From the NCBI GenBank assembly GCA_038046765.1, contig JBBSVN010000015.1, positions 1-44,871 on the forward strand: 44,871 nucleotides of DNA, given 5' to 3'. Below are positions 7,897-17,361 of this stretch, piece after piece. The stretch is from Candidatus Micrarchaeota archaeon (GTDB lineage Archaea; Micrarchaeota; Micrarchaeia; Anstonellales; Bilamarchaeaceae). A program made the position numbers and the translations under genes. Every line of letters begins with the position of its first letter. Within the stretch, counting starts at the first letter, position 1. The notes beneath the pieces are model-generated. The model saw nothing but the letters and a program-made list of their open reading frames with translations. It had not been told where the DNA came from and ran no database searches.

Positions 7897-10740
7897 TTAG
7901 GAATTAACTTTCTTAATCCCAAGTTTAAGCACTCGCCCATCGATTTCGTATTCTTCGCTCTTTAAAGGCTCTGCAAATTTGATTTCATGAGCATTGACCT
8001 CTCTTGAAATTTTATCTTTTGCTTTTTCAACTATTGCAAGGATTTCCTTATCTCCGCTTAAACTAACTTCAATTTTGTCGTTTTCAACTAAATTTTCAGT
8101 TTTTCGTTGCATTTGAATTCTTCGTTTTACTTCGTTAACAATACCTTCAGAGTATAGTTCTTCATCAAGTGTTTTTTCCAAATAGATTTTTGCATTTGGA
8201 AGCTCAAAACTTGCACACTCTACCGTAGGCGCAGTCTCGCTAACAACAACATTCTTAACATTTACAACCCTTTTTAAGGAGAGATTAAGAGCGTCAATGC
8301 TTTCTTTTACTTCGTGTGATTTTGTTTGAATGTATAAATTTCTTATCGGCCACCGGACTTTTATTTTAACTTCCTGTCTAAGATTTAAACAAACGGCAAT
8401 TATTTCTTTTACAACACCCATCTGTTTTTCAACTGAATCGTCAATTTTAGCAGAGTCTGGATCTACAATATTTAGTAATGCGACTGAATCAGTTTCCTCA
8501 AACTTTTTGAAAAACTTTTGATATAAATGTTCTGATATAAAAGGAGTAATCGGTGCAAGAAGGGATACACTCCTTAGCATTGCATAATAAATTACGTATA
8601 GTGCAGCTTCTTTGTTTTCATCTTTACCGATCCTGTCTTTTGCTAGTTTCATATATGAACGACTTAAATCTTCAATAACAAAAGTACGAACAAGATTTAC
8701 TGCCTTATTTATTTCATATTTTGAAAATGCTTCGATGTAGTCTTTGATTACGTTATTCGTTTTAGAGAGTAACCACAAATCTTCGCTTTCAAAATTTAAT
8801 TTTTCGCTAGAGATCTTTTTCGCGGGATAAAATCGCTCAAGGAAAGTAACCAGATTAAGCATGATATTTAGATCTGCATTTGCCTGCCTTAACTCTTCCC
8901 AGTTGAATTTTAATTCATCCCAAATAGTGTTGCTTAAGCTCCAGAGCCTAAAACTATCTGCACCATGTTTAGCTAAAATGTCTTCTAAAGGCACAAAATT
9001 TCCTACGCTTTTACTCATTTTTTCGCCTTTTTCATCTACGAAAAAGCCGTGCATAAGAATATTTTTGTATGGGCAAGCATCGTACCTTACAAGTCCAGAA
9101 CCAAGAAGTGAATAAAACCAACCTCTTATTTGGTCTTGACCTTCTAAAATTAAATCAGCACGCTCACCAAAAATCGCTTTTTCTTCTTCAGTCATTGAAG
9201 CCCAAACTGCGTTACCAGAATCAAACCAGACATCTAAAACGTCAGGTATTCTGTGCATTTTTCCTTTGCACTCGCAGACTAATTCGACTTTATCTATGTA
9301 CGGACGATGTAATTCTTCAACTTTTGAAATTTCTTTTCTTGAACTAATTACTTTTATTTTTGAACAGTCCTTGCATTTCCATATTGGTAGTGGAATTCCC
9401 CAGTATCGTTGTCTTGAAATACACCAGTCTGGCGCGTTATTCACAAACTCTTTAAACCGCTCTTTCGCAAAATCAGGAGTCCAGTTAGTTTTTGAGATTT
9501 GAAATAGCATTTTATCCTTCATTTTTGAAATTGTTATGAACCATTGTTTTGTTGTTAAATAAATTAATTGAGTTTTACACCTCCAGCAATGAGGGTATCT
9601 GTGCCTTATTCGCTCTTCATAAACTAAGACACCAGTATCTTTTAGTAATTGAATTATTTCTTGATTAGTTGCGCGTACGTTTTTTCCTGCAAATACGCCG
9701 GCTTCCTTAGTATAATTACCCTGTGCATCAACTGGCGAAAATGCTTCAACGCCATATCGCTTACCAATGATAAAATCTTCAGGACCGTGACCGGGTGCGC
9801 AGTGAACAAGACCAGTACCATCTTCAACATTTACATATTCATCGCTAAGAACAACTTTTCTTTCGCATTCTTTTGAAATTTTATCCTGGAACGGATGCAA
9901 ATATTTTATTCCGTCTAATTTTTTACCATCTATTTCTTCTAAGATGGTTGCACTTTCTCCAATTTTATCCATCAGGTAGGTTAGTCGATCTTTTGCTATG
10001 AGGTATATTTCATTTCCTACTTGCGCTTTTACATAGACTATTTTTGGGTTCACCATAACTGCCATGTTGGCAACTAAGGTCCATGGCGTGGTTGTCCAGA
10101 TCATTAAATATTCGTTGTCTTTGTCTGCAACTTTGAATTTTGCATAAACAGATGGATCAGTTTCTTCTGCATATTCTAGTTCATAATTTGCAATCGTAGT
10201 TTCGCATCGATAACAATATGGCAATACGTAAACTCCTTCATGCATAAGTCCTTGCTCATGTGCTAATTTTAGAGTTTTCCACGAGGACTCGATATAGCTA
10301 TCTTCAAATGTAATGTATGGTTTATCAAAGTCCATCCAAACCCCAACTGATTTGAATTGGCCGCCCATGATTTGAATGTATTTACTTGCAAATTCCTTGC
10401 ATTTTTGTATGAATTTTTCAATACCAATTTTTTGTTCTATTTCGTTTTTGTTTTTGATTTTCATTTCCTGCTCGACTTTAACTTCGATAGGAAGACCGTG
10501 AGTATCAAAACCTGCCTGTGCCCGAACATTAAACCCGCGCATTCGCATATACCGGCAAACAGTATCTTTTATTGATTTATTCCATGCAGTACCGGGATGA
10601 ATTGTGCCGGTTGCGTATGGCGGACCATCGCAGAAGTAAAATGGTTTTTGATTTTTGTTTTTGTCTTTGGATTTTTGATAAATTTTTTCTTTTTCCCAAA
10701 ATTCCATTATTTCTTTTTCTGTTGTTTTAAAATCATACAT
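7897..10740 (-). CDS. ileS: isoleucine--tRNA ligase (archaeal/eukaryotic type)
   Basis: DGPPYATGTIHPGTAWNK (HIGH), WTTTPWTL, DWCISRQRYWG, KMSKS. Confidence 0.97.
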   Translation of the reverse strand: MYDFKTTEKEIMEFWEKEKIYQKSKDKNKNQKPFYFCDGPPYATGTIHPGTAWNKSIKDTVCRYMRMRGFNVRAQAGFDTHGLPIEVKVEQEMKIKNKNEIEQKIGIEKFIQKCKEFASKYIQIMGGQFKSVGVWMDFDKPYITFEDSYIESSWKTLKLAHEQGLMHEGVYVLPYCYRCETTIANYELEYAEETDPSVYAKFKVADKDNEYLMIWTTTPWTLVANMAVMVNPKIVYVKAQVGNEIYLIAKDRLTYLMDKIGESATILEEIDGKKLDGIKYLHPFQDKISKECERKVVLSDEYVNVEDGTGLVHCAPGHGPEDFIIGKRYGVEAFSPVDAQGNYTKEAGVFAGKNVRATNQEIIQLLKDTGVLVYEERIRHRYPHCWRCKTQLIYLTTKQWFITISKMKDKMLFQISKTNWTPDFAKERFKEFVNNAPDWCISRQRYWGIPLPIWKCKDCSKIKVISSRKEISKVEELHRPYIDKVELVCECKGKMHRIPDVLDVWFDSGNAVWASMTEEEKAIFGERADLILEGQDQIRGWFYSLLGSGLVRYDACPYKNILMHGFFVDEKGEKMSKSVGNFVPLEDILAKHGADSFRLWSLSNTIWDELKFNWEELRQANADLNIMLNLVTFLERFYPAKKISSEKLNFESEDLWLLSKTNNVIKDYIEAFSKYEINKAVNLVRTFVIEDLSRSYMKLAKDRIGKDENKEAALYVIYYAMLRSVSLLAPITPFISEHLYQKFFKKFEETDSVALLNIVDPDSAKIDDSVEKQMGVVKEIIAVCLNLRQEVKIKVRWPIRNLYIQTKSHEVKESIDALNLSLKRVVNVKNVVVSETAPTVECASFELPNAKIYLEKTLDEELYSEGIVNEVKRRIQMQRKTENLVENDKIEVSLSGDKEILAIVEKAKDKISREVNAHEIKFAEPLKSEEYEIDGRVLKLGIKKVNS

Positions 10741-10946
10741 AGTAATACCTCAAGAATTAGCAGTGAACAATGAGCTACTTGGGCAATGAGCACGATATTA
10801 GTTAGTTTTGTCTCACTGCTCAAACCCCAAAAATCAAGGCTAGTAAATAATATATTGGATTAGAGGAGTTTTAATTCTTTTGTCTCCTTGGATTTTTCGA
10901 ATTATAGGTTTACTTACTAATAAAAGAATAAAAAATAAGAAAAAAT

Positions 10947-11633
10947 CTAAAATACCTTCTCTCCGACATAAACTTTTATTCCCTGCGGGGTAACCTTAAA
11001 TGGGACTAAATCTCTTGAATGATCTGTACCCCTCATTTTGAAAATTTCCAAAGCCCTTATTCTCCGGTCTTCCTTATCAAGATTGTAAATGTTGATAATA
11101 CCATCCATAACAAAGTGTTCGATATCAAAATGCATTTCAGATTTATTAGCCGTAGTCGCTTCAACAGTAGTCATAGTAGTACAATCAAGATTTCGAAGCA
11201 GAGATAAAAATTCGAATAACGTTTGCCTGTATTCGATTTCTTTTTGAAACGACAAACGAATCATCGTTGCTGAATCGATTACTGCCCGCTTTACAGAGTG
11301 TTCCGTAATGTTTTCTTCGAGTAAGTTTGCAACTTCTTCAAGCTCTAATTTATCTGGTTTTACAATAATAAGTTTATTTTCTTCGACTAACTCATCAATA
11401 TCTCTAATTAGAGTAAACGTATTTTTCATATTTTCAATGATATCTTCCTTGGTTTCTTCCAAAGAAATGTACAGACCATTTTCCCCGGCTTTTGCCCCCC
11501 TGTATAAATATTCAAAACTAAAACTGGTTTTACCTGCACCAGGACCACCGTAAAGTGCAACGTGTCTTTTTGCTGGAATTCCTCCGCTTAACATTTCATC
11601 TAATCCGCTTATTCCTGTTTTTACCCTATCCAC
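10947..11633 (-). CDS. KaiC/GvpD/RAD55 family RecA-like ATPase
   Basis: TGISGLDEML, GGPGAGKT, RAVIDS, KMRGTDH. Confidence 0.92.
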   Translation of the reverse strand: MDRVKTGISGLDEMLSGGIPAKRHVALYGGPGAGKTSFSFEYLYRGAKAGENGLYISLEETKEDIIENMKNTFTLIRDIDELVEENKLIIVKPDKLELEEVANLLEENITEHSVKRAVIDSATMIRLSFQKEIEYRQTLFEFLSLLRNLDCTTMTTVEATTANKSEMHFDIEHFVMDGIINIYNLDKEDRRIRALEIFKMRGTDHSRDLVPFKVTPQGIKVYVGEKVF

Positions 11634-11742
11634 GAACGATCACCATTACTAAAATTTATTTTTGTAGCATGATTAAAGACACACACTGGCAATTAATTAA
11701 AAACTTGGCTTTTTAAAAATCTAATGATACACTGTTTATAAC

Positions 11743-12708
11743 ATGAATACACGAAATACTTTACACTACCCAAGATACCCTAATGAAAATGAAATTTTGC
11801 ATATTTCTGGAAGAAGATTTAAAGTACATGAAATTTTGGGTCACACACAGATGTCCCGAGTTTGCCTTAGCGTATCTGATCAGGGCGAAAAAGTTGCAAT
11901 AAAATTTTTAAGCCCAGAATTATCGAATAGTTCTTTTGTTCTGGAAAGATTCAGAAGAGAAGCTGCAATCAGCAGAATACTTAACCATAAAAATATAATA
12001 AAATCAATAGATTATGATTTTTTTGAAGGTCTGCCGTTTATTGTTTTTGAAAATATTGAGGGGGAATTGCTGTACAAGGTATTGGACAGGAAAAAAAACC
12101 CAAAAATTGCAAAGATTGACCTGATTGAAGTTGGATTAAAAATAGCAAAGGCGATAGGATATATTCATAATGCAGGAATTATCCATAGAGATATCAAACC
12201 AGAAAATATTTTAATCGATTATGACGGAGAAGTAAAATTATTTGATTTTGGACTTTCGCGCTTATTAGATGAATTTGAAGGAGAATTGGGATTTTTGCCC
12301 TCCAACATGCCCATTATTGATCCAAGATATAGATTTACCCCCGTAGGTTCAATTTTTGGTACTCCGGGTTTTATTGCACCTGAACTTTTAAGAGGAGGAT
12401 GTCATCTAGCGACACCGCGATCAGATATTTATGCAGTTGGTTCGACCCTTTATGAAATATTATCCAGCTCACCTGTTTTTAGTGGAATAAACGAACATGA
12501 AATTAATGATCGCCACATTCACGCATATCCAAAACCCTTAAAAAAATTAGTTCCAAATATTCCATCTAGATTATCTGCAGCAGTAGCAAGAACTTTAGAA
12601 AAAGACCCTTCTCTTAGAGGTTCAATAGACCAACTTATAGAAGATTTAGAACATTCTCTTTTTTTAGCTACATGTATGATTGATGAAATACTGTACCCAT
12701 CTAGTTAA
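11743..12708 (+). CDS. Hanks-type Ser/Thr protein kinase, bacterial PknB-like catalytic domain only
   Basis: [38 protein letters not shown]. Confidence 0.92.
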   Translation: MNTRNTLHYPRYPNENEILHISGRRFKVHEILGHTQMSRVCLSVSDQGEKVAIKFLSPELSNSSFVLERFRREAAISRILNHKNIIKSIDYDFFEGLPFIVFENIEGELLYKVLDRKKNPKIAKIDLIEVGLKIAKAIGYIHNAGIIHRDIKPENILIDYDGEVKLFDFGLSRLLDEFEGELGFLPSNMPIIDPRYRFTPVGSIFGTPGFIAPELLRGGCHLATPRSDIYAVGSTLYEILSSSPVFSGINEHEINDRHIHAYPKPLKKLVPNIPSRLSAAVARTLEKDPSLRGSIDQLIEDLEHSLFLATCMIDEILYPSS

Positions 12709-12801
12709 GTTTTTAATTGTAGTATTCTAAATCAGTTTATAGGAGTTATTTCTAATAGATTAGATAATTATTAGCAATATTAATTCGATTTAGATGATTT
12801 T

Positions 12802-13806
12802 ATGCAGGAAAAACTAGCAGATAAAAAAGACGATATTTTACCTTGGGTTGAAAAATATAGACCACGAAATCTTGAAGCGGTTTTTGGACAAGAAAATATT
12901 ATTAAAAGCCTAAAGGGATTTGTTAAATCAAGAAATATGCCGCACCTTCTTTTTGCTGGACCACCAGGAGTTGGAAAAACGACAACCGCACTAGCTTTAG
13001 CACGCGATTTATTTGGAAAAGATTTTGCAGGAAATTTTGTTGATTTAAACGCAAGTGATGACCGAGGAATAGACATTGTTCGAGGAAAAGTAAAAGATTT
13101 TGCAAGAAGTATCAGTATGGGAAAGGTTCCTTTTAAAGTAATATTTCTTGATGAAAGCGACATGTTAACTAGTGACGCGCAACACGCATTAAGAAGAACG
13201 ATGGAAACATATAGCTCGGTTACAAGATTTATTTTAAGTGCAAACTATAGCAGTAAGATAATTGAACCATTACAAAGTAGATGCGCAATATTTAGATTTT
13301 CACCACTTAACGAGCAGGATATTAAAAAAATGTTAAGTCATGTTGCAAAAGAAGAGAACCTTAAAGTTGATGATGATGTTTATCAAGCTGTTTTTTATGT
13401 AAGCGAAGGAGATATGAGAAGAGCGATAAACATACTCCAAGGCTGCTCGCTACACAGCAACAAAATTACAACAGATTTAGTTCATCAAATTTCTGCTAAG
13501 GCAAAACCTAAAGAAGTCAAATTAATGCTTGAACTAGCCCTTTCGGGAGAATTTGCAAAAGCACGCGAGAATTTAGATTCGCTACTAATTAATTATGGAC
13601 TTAGCGGCGAGGACATTTTATTGCAAGTTTATCGTGAAATACCAAACTTAAATGTGCCTGAAGATAAAAAAGTAACATTAATGGATCGGCTTGGAGAATA
13701 CAACTTTAGGTTAGTTGAAGGCGCGAATGAACGGATACAAATTGAAGCAATGCTCGCTAATTTTGTGTTGCTTGGAAGAGGAATAAATAATAAACCAACT
13801 ACTTAA
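12802..13806 (+). CDS. rfcS: replication factor C small subunit
   Basis: PWVEKYRP, GPPGVGKT, LNASDDRG, ALRRTME, LQSRC. Confidence 0.96.
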   Translation: MQEKLADKKDDILPWVEKYRPRNLEAVFGQENIIKSLKGFVKSRNMPHLLFAGPPGVGKTTTALALARDLFGKDFAGNFVDLNASDDRGIDIVRGKVKDFARSISMGKVPFKVIFLDESDMLTSDAQHALRRTMETYSSVTRFILSANYSSKIIEPLQSRCAIFRFSPLNEQDIKKMLSHVAKEENLKVDDDVYQAVFYVSEGDMRRAINILQGCSLHSNKITTDLVHQISAKAKPKEVKLMLELALSGEFAKARENLDSLLINYGLSGEDILLQVYREIPNLNVPEDKKVTLMDRLGEYNFRLVEGANERIQIEAMLANFVLLGRGINNKPTT

Positions 13807-13817
13807 ATTGGATAATT

Positions 13818-14228
13818 ATGCGAAAATATTTATTTTTGATTTTACTAGGCATCATAAGTTTGTCTTATGCGGTCGAACAAACAGGGCATAATGTAACACC
13901 TCCACCAATACCGCCAGGTCATAGTCCAAACGCAGTAGTAGAAAAAACAGCAACTACAGTAAATTCAGATGGACAAATACTTATTTTTGGTGCAATTGGA
14001 TTATTGATATTGTTGATTTTGATTATATTAATATTTTATTTTACAAGAAAAAAACCAGCAGAACAAACAACTACTGAAAATAAAATTGAAACGGAAAAAC
14101 CTAAAGAACAAGCTTTGTTAGAAGTTGAAACCCCAAAACAAGAATCGCAAACTGTCCCACCAAAAGAAGAAGAAAAGAAACCGGACTTACCAAAAAATAC
14201 TACAAACGATGAATTTGAGGTAGGATAA
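13818..14228 (+). CDS. hypothetical single-pass membrane protein
   Basis: Signal peptide, one TM helix, acidic Pro-rich tail. Confidence 0.75.
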   Translation: MRKYLFLILLGIISLSYAVEQTGHNVTPPPIPPGHSPNAVVEKTATTVNSDGQILIFGAIGLLILLILIILIFYFTRKKPAEQTTTENKIETEKPKEQALLEVETPKQESQTVPPKEEEKKPDLPKNTTNDEFEVG

Positions 14229-14229
14229 G

Positions 14230-14772
14230 ATGAGTGTAAAGAAACTAGCAATGTTCACTTTATTATTGTTGATTTTTTCGAATGCAATTTATGCACATGC
14301 AGATGAAGAAGAAACAGGAACGAATATTTCAAATATCGTAAGCGACCCAAGTAAATGGCCCGAAGTATCCGGAAATGCAATTATCGATGCAGTAATACAG
14401 ATAGAAGCGGCGCAAAGCACAAACAAGAATGTTAGTTCTGCAAAATCAGAACTTGATGAGGCAATAGATTTTTACAAATTAAAGGATTACTCAAGCGCAT
14501 ATAGCTCGGCGCAAAATGCATTACAACTTGCGATAAATATTTCGAAAACGAATAGTAGTACAAATATTATGCCGGTCGCACAAGAAGAAGTATTTTCGAT
14601 TAAACAATCTCCACAATACGCGATATTTGGCGGAATCGGAATTATTTTGGGTTTAGGGATTGGATTCTTACTTTTTAGAGCGAAAAAAAAGAAAAGCATG
14701 TTTGGTGCAGACCCGTGGCTCAAGAATGTTGATTTAAGCAATTTGAGGGATCACGATGACCATAACTTTTGA
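14230..14772 (+). CDS. hypothetical secreted protein with C-terminal membrane anchor
   Basis: Signal peptide; C-terminal TM followed by a KKKK stop-transfer stretch; adjacent to the previous gene. Confidence 0.75.
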   Translation: MSVKKLAMFTLLLLIFSNAIYAHADEEETGTNISNIVSDPSKWPEVSGNAIIDAVIQIEAAQSTNKNVSSAKSELDEAIDFYKLKDYSSAYSSAQNALQLAINISKTNSSTNIMPVAQEEVFSIKQSPQYAIFGGIGIILGLGIGFLLFRAKKKKSMFGADPWLKNVDLSNLRDHDDHNF

Positions 14773-14836
14773 TAGATTAACTGCAACAATTTCTTCCAAA
14801 TTAATTTTTTCTGAACTGTTCATTTTGCGCAGCTCG

Positions 14837-14995
14837 CTAAGCCCTTCTTGATACTTTTGAGAAAACGTTTAAACCTTTAGTAATAAGATTAACTCGATTT
14901 GGATCTGGCGTAGACTCTTCCTTGTGCATTATTTCATAAAATTTAACTATGTCTTGCCCCTTTAATATCGGAGTCGGTTCGATTTGTTTTGCCAT
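14837..14995 (-). CDS. 52-aa protein, probable antitoxin-like (not in ORF track)
   Basis: MAKQIEPTPILKGQDIVKFYEIM... with AGGTG RBS; resembles small partners encoded upstream of GNAT toxins. Confidence 0.6.
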   Translation of the reverse strand: MAKQIEPTPILKGQDIVKFYEIMHKEESTPDPNRVNLITKGLNVFSKVSRRA

Positions 14996-15070
14996 ATCTA
15001 CACCTTTAAACTGTGATTTTAATATATGTCAAAGTTTATAAAAATCGACTTATGATAGAGCTTTAACAAA

Positions 15071-17071
15071 TTAAGCAGCAGAACGAAGTTTTCTAAGTTG
15101 GACGCTTGAAACTGTTCCGCAAGTAATACCTAAATTAGCTCTTTCCTTTTTATCTTCTGCAAGTCTCTTGGCTAAAACCCTGATATCTGTTCGTGTGTCC
15201 TTAGCTCCTTGATAAAATTCAACTTCAAGTCTTTTTGGCCTCTTTGGATTCATATCATAGCCAATTACTGCCAATATTTTTTCTTCATCCATAACCGTAA
15301 CCAAAAGTTCCTGGTCTGGCAATTGCTTTAATTCTGGAATAAATAATGCATGAATTTTTTCTATTGCATCTCTTGAAACTTGCAACTCTTCTAAAGTTCT
15401 TATTAAAGGCCCGTGTTCCTCTTCAGAAGAAGGAAGTTTAACCAATATTGGAACAACGCAGACTTGGGTTTCTTCTGTAGTTTTTAAAAGAAGGACGTTG
15501 CTTTCTCCATTAAGCTTTGATCTTAATCTTTTGACATCTTCCGCATTTATATTGGAAAGCTCATCAATTTCCGGGGGTTTTATTTCAATTAACCCAGAGT
15601 CTTCGATGTCAAATCCTTTTTTTAGTAACTGTTCTATCATTCCTTCAAGCATAGCATATTTAGTAGAATAAGTTGCAATTACAGAAGAACCTACTGGGAG
15701 CAATTTATGAACTTCTAAAAGCACTTGGTTTAATGCATCTTCGCTTAGTCTGTGGATACCTTGAATTACTACTAAATCTATTTTTTCTTCTAAACTTAAT
15801 TCTGCACTAGGATTTCTCCTAAATTTTTGCATTTCTACATGCCTATTTGGAATAGTAAGTTTGTCCATTTCCAATGCTTTTGACAATGGAGCAGGATATA
15901 AACTTATTTCAAGTACGTGCTTTGCTTGTTTTAGGAGATCTGGGAATACACGTACAATTCCAAGCATTTCACGAAAAGCATAAAGATGTTCTAAATGTTC
16001 CTTGAGGATATGGGAAACTGAATATGATTTATCATCCCGTTCTAATGCGAGTTCAACTGCCTGGTCTGGTGTAAGACCTTGCTTAGCTGCTAAGGCCAAA
16101 AAGAGAACTGGATTTGATTCTATTCTTTGTGAGATAAACTCAGGATCATAATGTAAAACTCTCGATAATGCGTATGAAGTAGGTATCCCTTTGAAATCGT
16201 TTATAGCTGGAAGAATAAGTTCATTATCAATTCTTTCGTAGATTTTTTTTTGAAGTTCGGGCTGATCCTTACAAATCTTAATCAAACTACTTTTAGTAGT
16301 ACATCCTTGAGCAAGTTGTTCAATTGATAAATTGTTTATATAGGCTAAGCCAACTTCGATTTGTGCTTTTGAAAGAATAGAATTTGATTTGATTCTTTGT
16401 AAGATAAAAGAATTACCAAATGGTAAAACTCTTGACAACGCATTTGGAGTAGGAACTCCTTTGAAATCTTTTATAGCTGGAAGTATATGCTCATTGTCAA
16501 TTCTTTCATAGATTCTTTTTTTAAGTTCTGGAAAATCGCTACAAGCAGAAATCAAACGACCTTTCTTACGAGCACATTCTTCAGCAAGTTTTTCAATTGA
16601 TAAAAGTTTTATGTATGCTGAGCCAACTTCGATTTGGGCTTTTGAAAGAATAGGGTTTGATTCGATTCTTTCTGAAATAAAACCACTGCTGTAGGATAAA
16701 ACTCTCGATAATGCTTCCGGATTAGGCATCCCTTTAAACTTTTTTATAGCAGGAAAAATATGTTCATCATCGATTCTTTCATAGATTCTTTTTGTAAGTT
16801 CTGAGTAATCTTTGCAAACAGAATTTAAACCATTTATTTTAGCACATTCAATAGCTAATTTCTCAATTGATAAACTATTTATGTATGCTAAGCTAACTTC
16901 TGTTTGCGTATCTTTAAGGATTTTATTTGATTCTATTCTTTGTGAAATAAAATTATTACTATAGCGTAAGACTCTTGCTAATGCGTATGGGGTGGGGATT
17001 CCTTTAAACTCTTTTATTGCTTGCAGTATTTGCTTATCAATTTCTTCGGACTTATTATTGTAATTAGCCAT
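15071..17071 (-). CDS. tandem-repeat protein (three and a half 90-aa units) with degenerate SAM-methyltransferase-like C-terminal region
   Basis: Repeats AIKxFKGxPxPxALSRVL...IYERID; later VLEISLYPA and DLVVIQGIHRL...EVHKLLPVGSSVI; ATG at 17071 preferred. Confidence 0.75.
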   Translation of the reverse strand: MANYNNKSEEIDKQILQAIKEFKGIPTPYALARVLRYSNNFISQRIESNKILKDTQTEVSLAYINSLSIEKLAIECAKINGLNSVCKDYSELTKRIYERIDDEHIFPAIKKFKGMPNPEALSRVLSYSSGFISERIESNPILSKAQIEVGSAYIKLLSIEKLAEECARKKGRLISACSDFPELKKRIYERIDNEHILPAIKDFKGVPTPNALSRVLPFGNSFILQRIKSNSILSKAQIEVGLAYINNLSIEQLAQGCTTKSSLIKICKDQPELQKKIYERIDNELILPAINDFKGIPTSYALSRVLHYDPEFISQRIESNPVLFLALAAKQGLTPDQAVELALERDDKSYSVSHILKEHLEHLYAFREMLGIVRVFPDLLKQAKHVLEISLYPAPLSKALEMDKLTIPNRHVEMQKFRRNPSAELSLEEKIDLVVIQGIHRLSEDALNQVLLEVHKLLPVGSSVIATYSTKYAMLEGMIEQLLKKGFDIEDSGLIEIKPPEIDELSNINAEDVKRLRSKLNGESNVLLLKTTEETQVCVVPILVKLPSSEEEHGPLIRTLEELQVSRDAIEKIHALFIPELKQLPDQELLVTVMDEEKILAVIGYDMNPKRPKRLEVEFYQGAKDTRTDIRVLAKRLAEDKKERANLGITCGTVSSVQLRKLRSAA
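16105..17035 (-). repeat. approximately 270-bp coding tandem repeat
   Basis: Repeated protein units of 90, 91 and 90 aa plus a partial fourth; DNA similarity visible (e.g. agccaacttcgatttg twice). Confidence 0.85.
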
Positions 17072-17361
17072 TTTAGTACCATTTATCAGAAGTCTTATGT
17101 TATTGTATGTGTCTACAAGAGTATTTAAAATTATCGGATTGATGTGGAAAATGCCCGACACAAACTCACAAAACGGGAAGCACAAAAGTAAAATCAGTAT
17201 TACTTAGTTGGTTTTGTATACGTGCTAAACTACGGCGTATCCTTTTAAACCCTAAGTGCATAGTTATGAATTAACCATTGGCAAATAGAAAGTAGCAAGT
17301 AGCAAAGAAAAAGAAAGAAGCTACTTGCTAAGAACTACATGCTACATGCAGTTGATATTAT

